From: a virus
Lineage: Duplodnaviria; Caudoviricetes
Virus record (IMG/VR): IMGVR_UViG_3300044878_000071
Location: 1-50,389 of that record
Length of the DNA: 50,389 nucleotides
Strand: one strand, 5' to 3'
Shown here: piece after piece, positions 34,891 to 44,972 of the stretch
Numbering within the stretch: position 1 is the first letter of the stretch
How the letters are laid out: the number at the start of each line of letters is the position of its first letter
Made by a program: the position numbers and the translations under genes
Notes under the pieces: generated by a model
Database searches by the model: none
The model's input: only the letters and a program-made list of their open reading frames with translations
What the model was told of the DNA's origin: nothing

Positions 34891-36051
34891 ATGAGTTCAG
34901 GCGCCAAAGTTACCAGCTACATCATCCCCGAGGTGACGCCCGGCGTTACTCCCGGCTCCGGCACCTGGGACACGCTACGGCTGACCGGCAATGCCATGAC
35001 CCCGACCGTCAACACGGCGACCAGCGACGAGATCACTGACTCGCGGATCGGCCAGGGTTCGGTCGTGACCAGTACCGACATCGGTGGCGACCTGACCGCC
35101 GAACTGTCCTATGGCAGCTTCGACAAGCTGCTGGAGGCCGCTTTCTACGGCGCCTGGACCAGCAACGTGCTGACCGTAGGTGACGTGCGCCACACCTTCA
35201 GCATCGCCAAGAACTACATGGACGTGGGTGTTTACTCCCTGTTCAAGGGTGTGCACATCCCGACGTTCGCCCTGGATATCCCGAGCGACGGCAAGGTCAC
35301 CGTGACCTTCGGCACCGCCTGCCTGGACTACACCGACAGCAACGCGCCGATCGTACTCGCGCCGGCGGCCCCGACTTCAACCCCGTTCATGAGCAACGGC
35401 AACGTCGGTACTCTCCTGGTCGATGGCGTGTCGATGGAAGGTCAGGCCTGTGTCTCGGCCATGACCATCAGCCTGGATAACGGCCTGCAGGCTCAGCGCT
35501 GCATCGGCACTGACAAGATGGGCCCGGGCGCGCAGATCGCCACCGAGGCGGCCATCACCGGCACTATCACGCTGGCCTGGTCGGCAACGGCCTGGGGCAT
35601 CTGGAAAAACACCTTCACCCGGAAAACGGTTGCGGTTGAGTTCCCGATCACCGACAGCGCGGGCAACAAGTACACGTTCGCCTTCCCGGCGGTGGAAGTC
35701 GACGGCGAACTGCCGAGCGGCGGCAAAAAGGATCTGATCGAGGTGACGCTGAATTACACCGTGGCCAAGCTTGCCCCGACCATCACCCGCGCGCCATACG
35801 TGGCACCGACCAGCGTCACCGTGGCTCCAGGCACTGCGACCATTGCCGTAGCTGGCACTCAGCAGCTGACCGCGACCGTTGCCCCGGCCGGCGCACCGCA
35901 AGGCGTCAACTGGACCAGCAGCGCCCCGAGCAAGGCGACCGTCAGCTCGACCGGTCTGGTCACTGGCGTGGCATCCGGCTCGGCCACCATCACCGCGACC
36001 AGCAAGTACGACGGTACGAAGCTCAGCACGTCGACCATCACCGTTTCGTAA
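34891..36051 (+). CDS. Major tail tube protein with C-terminal Ig-like (Big_2) domain
   Basis: MSSGAKV start; QQLTATVAP..VNWTSS..ATVSSTGLVTGVASGSATITAT. Confidence 0.9.
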   Translation: MSSGAKVTSYIIPEVTPGVTPGSGTWDTLRLTGNAMTPTVNTATSDEITDSRIGQGSVVTSTDIGGDLTAELSYGSFDKLLEAAFYGAWTSNVLTVGDVRHTFSIAKNYMDVGVYSLFKGVHIPTFALDIPSDGKVTVTFGTACLDYTDSNAPIVLAPAAPTSTPFMSNGNVGTLLVDGVSMEGQACVSAMTISLDNGLQAQRCIGTDKMGPGAQIATEAAITGTITLAWSATAWGIWKNTFTRKTVAVEFPITDSAGNKYTFAFPAVEVDGELPSGGKKDLIEVTLNYTVAKLAPTITRAPYVAPTSVTVAPGTATIAVAGTQQLTATVAPAGAPQGVNWTSSAPSKATVSSTGLVTGVASGSATITATSKYDGTKLSTSTITVS

Positions 36052-36128
36052 TACCGATTCACCCCTTGACTGCCCCGGCACCAACGCCAGCCGGGGCGGT
36101 CCTTTTCGGCGTGGCGTGAGGATTTACC

Positions 36129-36599
36129 ATGGCTTTGCGACTGACCAAGAAAGACCAGAACGTCTCGGAAACCAAATGGGTTGCCTATGACGACGACACC
36201 AAAGTGTTGCTGGCACGGATTGATAACCCTGAATACGCTGTCGCCCTTGAGCGAGAACGCCGCAAGCTGCGCAATGCTGATGCCCAGTTCGGCACCGGTG
36301 TTGTGGGTGTGATCGACGGCGAAAAGACCGAGACGCAGACCCAGTACAAGCTGTTGAGCCAGTTCGTGATCAAGGACTGGGCCGGCGTGCAGGACGCTGA
36401 CGAAAACCCGCTGCCGTACAGCCCCGAAGTAGGCGAGCAGATGCTCGATGCCAACTTCGGCTTCTTCATGTTCGTTCTGCGCGAGGCATCGGCATCGGCA
36501 CTGGAGGCGCAACAGGCCCTGGCTGAGACCGTGGGAAAGTCGTTGCCCGCTTCGAGTGGGAAAAAGAGTGGGGCGGCGAGACAGAAAAGCGCCGGCTGA
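36129..36599 (+). CDS. Tail assembly chaperone (gpG-like)
   Basis: Between tube and tape measure genes; DWAGV..PLPYSPE. Confidence 0.85.
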   Translation: MALRLTKKDQNVSETKWVAYDDDTKVLLARIDNPEYAVALERERRKLRNADAQFGTGVVGVIDGEKTETQTQYKLLSQFVIKDWAGVQDADENPLPYSPEVGEQMLDANFGFFMFVLREASASALEAQQALAETVGKSLPASSGKKSGAARQKSAG

Positions 36600-36856
36600 T
36601 CTACCAGCGGCTGAGAATGGCGGTCCCGGATGAGCCGGAAACGGACCCGATGACCGACTACCTGCTGAGCACGTTCCGTAACATCACCCGCGGGCGACGG
36701 TTCATCGCAACGATGGCCGGTGCATTCCCGCTGCCATTGTCAGCCAGGGAAATATCGGATTGGCTGGAGGCGCACCCGCCGGCCATGCCCAGGGCAGAGA
36801 TTGACGAGGTGGTTTTCACGCTCGATGCGCTCTGCCTGGAAAAGCAGGAAGACTGA
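36533..36856 (+). CDS. gpT-like extension reached by programmed -1 frameshift
   Basis: In-frame G-GGA-AAG at 36533-36539; the -1 frame is open (VVARFEWEKEW...MAVPDEP) to 36856. Confidence 0.85.
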   Translation, partial: GKVVARFEWEKEWGGETEKRRLIYQRLRMAVPDEPETDPMTDYLLSTFRNITRGRRFIATMAGAFPLPLSAREISDWLEAHPPAMPRAEIDEVVFTLDALCLEKQED

Positions 36857-36909
36857 CGAGGCCCCCTAAGTGATGCTAAATTGATTGCATCACCATGGAG
36901 GTTTTACCA

Positions 36910-37260
36910 ATGAATATGATTGCGGTCGCTGTCGGCCTGATGCTGGCTTGTGCGAATGCCAGCGCGGACCCGGTTGTCGATGCGTATGACGCACTGATGG
37001 CGGCCGGGAAGGTCACCGCGCAGCGTGGCGAGGCCTGCGAGGCATCGGTCCAGAAGGATGACCTGGCGCCATGCCGGGCCTTCACCAAGGCAAACGATGT
37101 GTACCGGGGAAAGATCAAGACGTTTCTTGCGACAATCGATCCGAGGACGGACAGCTTGCTGAACCACATCACCAAGCAGGACGTGCAGGCCTACATGGAG
37201 CAGAACAAGAGAATTGAGCGCTCCATGGATTACGTGATCGCGCACTCAGAAGCGAGCTAA
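36910..37260 (+). CDS. Secreted/periplasmic moron protein
   Basis: GGAGG RBS, signal peptide MNMIAVAVGLMLACANASA, own terminator at 37298-37323. Confidence 0.7.
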   Translation: MNMIAVAVGLMLACANASADPVVDAYDALMAAGKVTAQRGEACEASVQKDDLAPCRAFTKANDVYRGKIKTFLATIDPRTDSLLNHITKQDVQAYMEQNKRIERSMDYVIAHSEAS

Positions 37261-37342
37261 CCAGGGCGCATCCTCTGGTCGCAGAAGATCCACCAAAGAG
37301 CCGGGCATTTAGCCCGGTTTTTTATTGACCGGAGAAAAGTAA

Positions 37343-40300
37343 ATGGCCCAAACATCCCGCCTCGTCATTGAGCTTGACAGCCGAGACGCTGAAGCAAAGG
37401 CCGCGGACACCCGCAAGGCGCTTGAGGCGCTGGAAGACGCGGGCCTGAGCATTCAGCCGGCGCTGAACAAGGCTGGCGCCGGCATGGAAAAGATGGGCAA
37501 GGACGCCGAAAAGGCTACCAAGTCCATCGAGGGTGAAGCTGACGAACTGGAGAGGCTGCTGGGTCAGATTGATCCGGTGGTGCGCCGCCTTGGCGAGCTG
37601 GACAAGCAAGAGCAGGACCTAGCCAAGCATCGCAAGGCGGGCAAGCTTGATGTCGCCACCTACAACGAGTACCAGTCGAAGATCGCCGCAACCCGTGCCG
37701 ATCTCGGCCGCTTTAATGCTGATCTGGGCAAGACCGGTATCTCCGCCAAGCAGACGGCGGCGGCCCTGCGCGGCGTTCCAGCGCAATTCACCGACATCGC
37801 CGTATCGCTTCAGGGCGGGCAGAACCCGCTGACCGTATTCCTGCAGCAGGGCGGCCAGCTAAAAGATATGTTCGGCGGCGCCGGTCCGGCGGCCAAGGCA
37901 CTTGGCAGCTACGTGCTGGGCCTGGTCAATCCGTTCACCGTCGCAGCCGCAGCAGTCGGCACTCTGGGCCTGGCCTACTACCAAGGATCTCAGGAGGCGG
38001 ACGCATTCCGCCTGTCTCTTGTCACCACCGGCAATGGAGCGGGGACTACAGCGCTCGCATTGGCGGGTATGGCCACCACCATCAGCGCTACCGTTGGGAC
38101 CACTGGCAAGGCTGCCGAGACGCTGGCTTTGCTGGCATCGAACGGCAAGATCGCCAGCTCCAGCTTCGAGCAGATTGCCACGGCAGCCATCAGCTTCGAA
38201 AGCGCCACTGGCAAAGCGGTATCGGCTACCGTGGCAGAATTCGCCTCGCTGGCTGATGATCCGGTCAAGGCGCTGGCGACTCTCAACGAAAAATACAATT
38301 TCCTCACTGCTTCGGTTTACGAGCAGGTGCGCGCAGCCCAAGAAATGGGCGAGAAGGACGCGGCGGCAGCGATCGCCCAAGAAGCCTATGCCAAAGCGCT
38401 GGAGGATCGCGCCAAGACCATCAAGGAAAGTCTCGGCACCATCGAGACCGCCTGGAACGCCATCACGGGCGCAGCGAAAAGCGGCTGGGACGCCATGCTC
38501 GGCGTAGGCCGTCAGCAGTCTCTCGATGAGCAGATCGCCAACACCAAACAGCTGCTGGAGGATCGCAAGTCCAGCTTTGCGGCGAAAATGTTCCCCGATA
38601 CGCTCGGAGAAGGCAGCGATTCGACCAGGTTCCTACAGGATCGGCTGAATCTGCTGGAGAAGCAGAAGCTGCTGCTTGCTGATCAAGGCAAGGCCGAAGG
38701 CGACAATTCTCGCATCCAGCGAGACGGGCAGAAGGCGTATGAGGAATTCCAGAAGAGCATCGAGGCGAATTTCACCAAGCGCCAGAAGATGAGCAAGGAG
38801 CTTGCTGACGAGGAAAAGCGCATTGCTGCGGCGCGGGCTGCGGGCTACACCATCACCGCGGAGCAGGAAGCGGCATCCCTAAAGGCCATCCGGGAAAACG
38901 AGAAATACAAGGAGGCCAAAGGGCCAAAAGCCAAGGCCTACAGCGAAGACGCGGGCATGAAAATGCTCGACTCGTCGCGCCAGGCTTACGCCGTGCTCGT
39001 CCAGCAGAACGCGGCGATCAGCGAGCAGGGCACCAAGAACGAAAAGCTCGGCGCCCAGGCTCAGGCCCTGATCCGCTGGGAACAGCAGCTGGCCGAGATC
39101 AAGTCGAAAGGCACGCTCACCGCCGATCAAAAGGCGCTACTGGCCAGCCAGGACCTGATCACCGCCCAGCTTAAGAAGAACTCGGCGCTCGAGAAGGAGG
39201 TTGAGCTACGCAAGGCATCCAAGGAAGAAGCCGAGAAGCTGGCCGCCTTCCAGGCCAACCAAAACAGCCGGCTCGGTACCGCTCAGGATGGGCTTGATTC
39301 GCAGGTTGCAGGGATGGGGCTTGGCAGCGAGGCGCGGGACCGGCTCAAGCAGGACTTGGCCATCCAGCGCGATTACGCCAGGCAGTCGGCAGAGCTCCTG
39401 GAGCAGCGGAACACCGGGAGAATCACCCAGGACCTGTACGACAAGGAAAGCGCGGTAATTCAGGACGGCCTGAACAAGCGCCTCGCCATGCAGCAGAACT
39501 ATTACAGCCAGATCGACACCTATCAGTCGAACTGGCTCAATGGTGTGACCGCGGGCTGGAACAGCTACGCCGAGATATCGCAGAACACGGCGCAACAGAC
39601 CCAGGATATCGTCACCGGATCGCTCGACACGATCACTACGGGCTTCGGCAACTCGTTCTCGGCCATGGCCCTGGATGGGGAGACCCTTGGTAGCGTACTG
39701 AGCAACACGTTCGAGGGCCTGGTCCGTGGCGTGCTCGATGGCCTTGGCCAGATGGCGGCGCAGTGGCTGATCAACCAGGGCATTCAGCTCGCGTTCGGGC
39801 AGACCGAAACGGCGCTGCATGCGACCAAGCTGGCGATGATCAGCACGGAAACCGCCGCCGAGACTGCCGGCGCAACAACGGTCGCGGCAGCGAAGGTCAC
39901 CGCGGACGGCGTGGCTACTGCGTCGTCTCTGACGGCTACAGCTACCACCACGACCGCCCAGGTCGCGGCGGCGGGCACCACGCTCGCATCGTGGCTGCCG
40001 GCGGCATTGGTGGCATCGATCGGCTCGTTCGGTGCTGCAGCGGTCGTCGGTGGCGGCGCACTGCTCGCGGCCTTCGCCCTGATCAAAGGATTCTCCAATG
40101 GCGGATATACCGGCGCCGGCGGCGTCAATGAGCCAGCGGGCACCGTGCACAAGGGCGAGGTCGTCTGGAGCCAGGCGGATATCCGCAAGGCTGGCGGTGT
40201 GGCTACGGTTGAGGCGATGCGCAAGGGCAATGTCTCAGTGGGTAGTTCGTCATCTGGCGGCGGTTCGTCGTCGAACGGTGGCGGCAGCGTCACCACTCAG

Positions 40301-40474
40301 GAAAGACCGATGACGGTCCAGCTGGTCGAGGATGCCAGCAAGGCCGGCCAAGTAAGCAGATCGCAGCTAACCGATCGCGATGTCATCCGCATTTGCGTGG
40401 CGAACATCTTCCAGGAAGGGGATCTGCACGAAGCCAACAAGACGAAGTACGGTCTGCAGCCGCAAGGCGTCTAA
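37343..40474 (+). CDS. Tail tape measure protein (lambda H-like)
   Basis: 1043 aa Ala-rich; PAQFTDI..GGQNPLTVFLQQGGQLKDMFGG; GGYTG..EPAG.VHKGE. Confidence 0.95.
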   Translation: MAQTSRLVIELDSRDAEAKAADTRKALEALEDAGLSIQPALNKAGAGMEKMGKDAEKATKSIEGEADELERLLGQIDPVVRRLGELDKQEQDLAKHRKAGKLDVATYNEYQSKIAATRADLGRFNADLGKTGISAKQTAAALRGVPAQFTDIAVSLQGGQNPLTVFLQQGGQLKDMFGGAGPAAKALGSYVLGLVNPFTVAAAAVGTLGLAYYQGSQEADAFRLSLVTTGNGAGTTALALAGMATTISATVGTTGKAAETLALLASNGKIASSSFEQIATAAISFESATGKAVSATVAEFASLADDPVKALATLNEKYNFLTASVYEQVRAAQEMGEKDAAAAIAQEAYAKALEDRAKTIKESLGTIETAWNAITGAAKSGWDAMLGVGRQQSLDEQIANTKQLLEDRKSSFAAKMFPDTLGEGSDSTRFLQDRLNLLEKQKLLLADQGKAEGDNSRIQRDGQKAYEEFQKSIEANFTKRQKMSKELADEEKRIAAARAAGYTITAEQEAASLKAIRENEKYKEAKGPKAKAYSEDAGMKMLDSSRQAYAVLVQQNAAISEQGTKNEKLGAQAQALIRWEQQLAEIKSKGTLTADQKALLASQDLITAQLKKNSALEKEVELRKASKEEAEKLAAFQANQNSRLGTAQDGLDSQVAGMGLGSEARDRLKQDLAIQRDYARQSAELLEQRNTGRITQDLYDKESAVIQDGLNKRLAMQQNYYSQIDTYQSNWLNGVTAGWNSYAEISQNTAQQTQDIVTGSLDTITTGFGNSFSAMALDGETLGSVLSNTFEGLVRGVLDGLGQMAAQWLINQGIQLAFGQTETALHATKLAMISTETAAETAGATTVAAAKVTADGVATASSLTATATTTTAQVAAAGTTLASWLPAALVASIGSFGAAAVVGGGALLAAFALIKGFSNGGYTGAGGVNEPAGTVHKGEVVWSQADIRKAGGVATVEAMRKGNVSVGSSSSGGGSSSNGGGSVTTQERPMTVQLVEDASKAGQVSRSQLTDRDVIRICVANIFQEGDLHEANKTKYGLQPQGV

Positions 40475-40518
40475 TGCGTTAATATATGGTCTCTTGCTAG
40501 GGACCGCATGGAGCCCCA

Positions 40519-41004
40519 ATGAGCAACCCTATCAACATCGCCTACGCCTCAGTCGGCAACGACTTGTTCGTCGATACGATCGAGGCGACCTGTTCCGCGT
40601 GGGCGGCACCGATCCTCATCTGCTCCGGCTATGAGGATCGCGTCTGCGTAACAGAGGACGCGCGCACGCTCGTCTTTTTGGCGATGGCGGTGGAGGAAGC
40701 ATTGCCTGTAAGTGACAACAGCGGATACCAGAACCTGAACATTGCCTTGGACAACACCGACGGCAAGGTCCAGACGGCGATCGAACTGGCGCGCGCAGCA
40801 GGGGCACGCATCGTGCTGACGAAGCGTCGATACCTCGAAAGCAATCTGACCTACCCGGCAGAGCGCTATCGGCTATCGGTGCTTAACCGGCAGTACGCCA
40901 ACGACACGGCAACGCTGACGTGCGGAATGTTCGACCTGTTGGGCACAGGGTTCCCGCGCAACAAGCTGACTTCTTCCGTCGCACCTGGGCTGATCTTCAT
41001 ATGA
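40519..41004 (+). CDS. Tail tip protein (DUF1833-like)
   Basis: GYQNLNIALDN..FPRNKLTSSVAPGL. Confidence 0.8.
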   Translation: MSNPINIAYASVGNDLFVDTIEATCSAWAAPILICSGYEDRVCVTEDARTLVFLAMAVEEALPVSDNSGYQNLNIALDNTDGKVQTAIELARAAGARIVLTKRRYLESNLTYPAERYRLSVLNRQYANDTATLTCGMFDLLGTGFPRNKLTSSVAPGLIFI

Positions 41005-41384
41005 AAGACATTGCGGATTACCTGTCGGCACCTTACCGGGACGGCGCGCGCGGGCCGCTGGCTTTCGATTGCTACGGCTTGGTCAACGCTGTGCGGCACG
41101 AAGTGTTCGGTCTGCCGCTGTTGCCATCACTGGGCGGTGTCGGTCGGGCCAAGTTGCGCGAGAACACCAAGGCCTACCGAGAGGTCAGCGCCGGTCTGGA
41201 AGAGTGCCTGCCAGAGCCTGGCGCCATTGCCTCGGCACTGATTGGCGAGTTCCTGGATCACGTCGGCGTGGTCGTATACCTGGACGGCCAGCTGAAGGTG
41301 TTCGACACCAATCCGGGCGGCCCCCGCATTCGCACCGTGCGTGACTTCGAGTTGCGCTATCAAAAAGTGGTGTACTACAAATGA
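41001..41384 (+). CDS. NlpC/P60 tail assembly protein
   Basis: RGPLAFDCYGLV...HVGVV. Confidence 0.85.
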   Translation: MKDIADYLSAPYRDGARGPLAFDCYGLVNAVRHEVFGLPLLPSLGGVGRAKLRENTKAYREVSAGLEECLPEPGAIASALIGEFLDHVGVVVYLDGQLKVFDTNPGGPRIRTVRDFELRYQKVVYYK

Positions 41385-44300
41385 CCGTTGAATTCTTCCC
41401 CAACAAAATGGCCGGATGCCAGCCGCTGGCCACCTACACCACGCGTGAGCGCATGACGATTGAGGCCTGGATCAGCGGCATGACGGAACACTACCGTCGC
41501 GCCCCCGTGCAGCCGGTCAGCGTCGAACTCAATGGCGAGATGATCTGCCCGACGCTCTGGCACAAGGTCAAATTCAAGCCATCCGATCACGTCCAAATCT
41601 GGAACGAGCCGAAAGGTTCCGACCCATTCACCATCACGGCCCTGCTGATTGTTGCCGCATTTGCCGCGACCAAGCTGCTCATGCCAAAAATGCCCGGGAT
41701 GCCGTCAAATACCGGCACCGCCCAGGGCAGCCCGCTCGATGAGGCCAGTGCCAAGGGCAACAAGGTCAAGCTCGGCGAGCTGATTCGTAATATCGCAGGG
41801 CACCAGAAGGTGTACCCGTCGTACCTGGCCGAGCCGCGCACCTGGTTTGCCGCGCCGCGTGAAAAGTGGGTGGAGATGTTGCTGTACGTCTCCGAAGGCA
41901 TGGTGGACATCCCCATCAACAAGCTCAAGGTGGGCGAAACCCCGCTGATTTCCCTTGGCTCCGATGCTCAGGTGTCGATCTACGCGCCCGGCGCTGACGT
42001 GTCCGCCGACACCGCCTCAATGCTGTGGTTTAACGCCAAAGAGGTGGGCGCCAGTTCCAGCGGCACTTCCGGACTGGAATTGACCATATCGACCAACCTC
42101 ACCCCGTCAGCCACGGCCTCCGCCTACCAGTTCAATGGAGACACGATTGCAATACCGGCCGGTGTGGGCAGCTTCCCGGCAGACTGGGAAACAGGCCTGG
42201 TTATCCGTGCACTCACCCCGTACACGTACACCGTCGTGGATGGCGGGGCGGGCCGCGACATCGTGCAGGGTCCGCTGGAAATGCTCGACCCAGTGCCGGG
42301 CATGCTGATTGAAGTCGCTGGGGCGAACGCGGGCAACTACGTCGTCAACACCTTTACGCCGTATGCTCCAGCCGTACCGCCGACCTCGGGCACCGCTTCG
42401 ACAATCCTGGGATCGAGCATTCCGGCGCGCTATGACTTCGACGTGACGCCGCTGTCGGTCACCGTAACACTGGGCAGCACGCCGTATGCGGTCAACCTGA
42501 CAACGGCAACGACCGATCTTGCCGGCCTGGTATCGGCATTCAACACGGCCAAGGGTTCGGCACCATTCTTGGCCAGCGCTTCATCCGGCCTCCTACTGAT
42601 CACTCAATTCGGCACCTTTGGCGGCGAGAGCATGGTTGCCACCGGCGGCGCCGATATCCTCGGCAGCAGCCCGACCAATACCACCGGCACGCCCGCCAGT
42701 GCCGGCACGCCAGAAGTTCCGGCGCAAATGACTTTGGACTACGACGGCGGCGCACCGGTTAGTGGTCTGGCCCTGGGTTCTGGCCTGGCTACCATCGGGC
42801 CGCGCGGCCTGCGCTACCGGATCACGGCGTTTTCAACCTCGATCATGACGGTTGACCGGCTCACCGCGTCGGGCTCGGTTGATGCCGGATGGATCGGTTT
42901 CAATGCGATGGAGACCGTAAACGGTCTGGTCACCCTGGACTCGTCCAGCCTGGAAGGCGGCTATCGAGGACCGTACTCTTGCGCGCCCGAGGCAGAACTG
43001 GTGACGCACATCGAGTACACCGTGACCTACGCCAATGGCCTGATTGGCCTGGGCCGCAAGGGCGACGACTACGCGATCTACTCGCAGCATCAGTTCGAAT
43101 ATCGCGACATGGATGCTGCCGGGGCATGGACCGTGACCACGCAATCTGTCACCGGCCACACGCGGGACGCGCAAGGCTTCACCTTTCGAATCGAGCTGCC
43201 CTACCCGATGCGACCGGAATGCCGAATCAAACGCCTGCCCAAGGGTGGCGGCGCCAACAGCAGCGAGTGGATTGATAGCCCGGCCTGGGATAGCTTGCGC
43301 GGCTTGCGTCAAACTCGACCGACCAGCTACCCGGGCATGACCGTCATGTCGGTCAAGATTCGCGGCGGTGATCGGCTCTCTGCGCAAGCGGAAAGTCAGG
43401 TCAACGGCGAGGCCACTCGCGTGCTGCCGGTTCGCTCTGGCGGGTCTTGGCAGGCGCCGGTAGCTACGCGCGGCATCGTGCCCTGGTGCCTCAATGCGCT
43501 GAAGTCGCTGGGCTATGAAGACGGCGACATCGATCTGGAAGAGTGGGACCGGCTGGACCTGGTATTCGATGCCGCCGGCCAGTATTACGACGAGACCATC
43601 GACGACAGCAGTACCGCCAAGGATCGGCTCAACGATGCATTGGCGTGCGGGTTCGCCGAGCTGACCATCAAGAACGGCCTAGTCAGCTTGGTGCGTGATG
43701 AGCCGCGGGCGATATTTGATATCACCTACGGCCCGAAGACGCAGACCTACTCCCCGCAGAACATGACCAAAAAGCTGGCCATCGCCGGGCCGCTGACCTC
43801 GCTCAACGACATCGACGGCGTGGATGTCGAGTACTACTCGAATATCACTTGGGCCTGGGAGACAGTGCCGTGCCGTTGGCCAGGCGATGCCGGCAACAAG
43901 GTCGAGAAGGTCAAGTTGCCGGGCGTGAGCGACAGGGATCGCGCCTACCGGTTCGGCATGCGTCGTCGCGGACACCAACTGTTCCGTCAAGACACCTACA
44001 CCTGGGAAACCGAACTGGCCGGCATGAACTCGGGTTACCTGAGTTTCTGCGCGGTGGCCAGTGATACTCCAGGGCAATGCCAGAGCGCCGAGCTTGTCAG
44101 CGTTACAGCGGTCAGCGGGGGCTTCCTGCTGGAGTCGTCAGAGCCGATCGACTGGTCAGCGCCTGAAATCTACAAGGTCGGTATTAGTCGTGCCGATGGC
44201 TCTCTCTCCGGTCCCTACCAAGGGACACAAATCGACGAATACCGCGTCCAGATCGCCGATCTCGACTTTGTGCCCGACACCAGCATGAGCGGAAACATGT

Positions 44301-44449
44301 CGCTACCTCAGTTGCTGATCGGGCCTGCGTCGAAGTGGGCCTACCCGGTACTCGTCACGCGCTCCGACCCATCCAACGGCAACGTCGCGCTCAAGGGCAT
44401 GCCATACGACGCCCGCGTTTACACCTACGACAGCGCCACGGCGCCATAA
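41381..44449 (+). CDS. Central tail hub/host-specificity protein (I/J-like)
   Basis: 1022 aa; GNKVKLGE..YPSY; VRDEPR; YDARVY.YD end. Confidence 0.85.
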   Translation: MTVEFFPNKMAGCQPLATYTTRERMTIEAWISGMTEHYRRAPVQPVSVELNGEMICPTLWHKVKFKPSDHVQIWNEPKGSDPFTITALLIVAAFAATKLLMPKMPGMPSNTGTAQGSPLDEASAKGNKVKLGELIRNIAGHQKVYPSYLAEPRTWFAAPREKWVEMLLYVSEGMVDIPINKLKVGETPLISLGSDAQVSIYAPGADVSADTASMLWFNAKEVGASSSGTSGLELTISTNLTPSATASAYQFNGDTIAIPAGVGSFPADWETGLVIRALTPYTYTVVDGGAGRDIVQGPLEMLDPVPGMLIEVAGANAGNYVVNTFTPYAPAVPPTSGTASTILGSSIPARYDFDVTPLSVTVTLGSTPYAVNLTTATTDLAGLVSAFNTAKGSAPFLASASSGLLLITQFGTFGGESMVATGGADILGSSPTNTTGTPASAGTPEVPAQMTLDYDGGAPVSGLALGSGLATIGPRGLRYRITAFSTSIMTVDRLTASGSVDAGWIGFNAMETVNGLVTLDSSSLEGGYRGPYSCAPEAELVTHIEYTVTYANGLIGLGRKGDDYAIYSQHQFEYRDMDAAGAWTVTTQSVTGHTRDAQGFTFRIELPYPMRPECRIKRLPKGGGANSSEWIDSPAWDSLRGLRQTRPTSYPGMTVMSVKIRGGDRLSAQAESQVNGEATRVLPVRSGGSWQAPVATRGIVPWCLNALKSLGYEDGDIDLEEWDRLDLVFDAAGQYYDETIDDSSTAKDRLNDALACGFAELTIKNGLVSLVRDEPRAIFDITYGPKTQTYSPQNMTKKLAIAGPLTSLNDIDGVDVEYYSNITWAWETVPCRWPGDAGNKVEKVKLPGVSDRDRAYRFGMRRRGHQLFRQDTYTWETELAGMNSGYLSFCAVASDTPGQCQSAELVSVTAVSGGFLLESSEPIDWSAPEIYKVGISRADGSLSGPYQGTQIDEYRVQIADLDFVPDTSMSGNMSLPQLLIGPASKWAYPVLVTRSDPSNGNVALKGMPYDARVYTYDSATAP

Positions 44450-44458
44450 GGACGGCAC

Positions 44459-44914
44459 ATGATCCAGTACCCGGAAGGCCTTCCGTATCCGCTGCGCGAC
44501 GGCTACGACATGAACACGACGGACCCGGCCGCTCACACCCCGCTGAGCAACGGCCAGATCATATCGCGCCGTAAGTTCAGCAATGTTCCGACCTTCCCGT
44601 CAGTCACCTGGGAAATGGACGACGGCCAGGCGCAGCTTTTCATGGCCTGGCACCAGTACACCCTGAACGACGGGGTCGAGTGGTTTGACTGCCCGCTCAA
44701 GACGCCGATCGGCATTGACACCTATCAAGCCAGATTCAAAGAGATGTACAGCGGGCCAACGCTGGTTGGGATTTCCCGCTGGCGCTTCAGGGCCGTCCTG
44801 CAGCTGCTTAAGCGACCAATCATCGGCAAGGACTGGCTGATCTACGCGCCCGAATACGTCTTGCACTCGAACATCATCGACATCGCCGCCAACCGCGAAT
44901 GGCCGGAGGCATGA
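44459..44914 (+). CDS. Distal tail protein (lambda gpM-like)
   Basis: YPEGLPYPLRDGY..LNDGVEWFDCPLKTPIG..ARF. Confidence 0.75.
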   Translation: MIQYPEGLPYPLRDGYDMNTTDPAAHTPLSNGQIISRRKFSNVPTFPSVTWEMDDGQAQLFMAWHQYTLNDGVEWFDCPLKTPIGIDTYQARFKEMYSGPTLVGISRWRFRAVLQLLKRPIIGKDWLIYAPEYVLHSNIIDIAANREWPEA

Positions 44915-44972
44915 CCGTGACCCCACAAAAAACCATTTCGCCCATCGGGCTACGCATGCCTGGAGCTAACGC

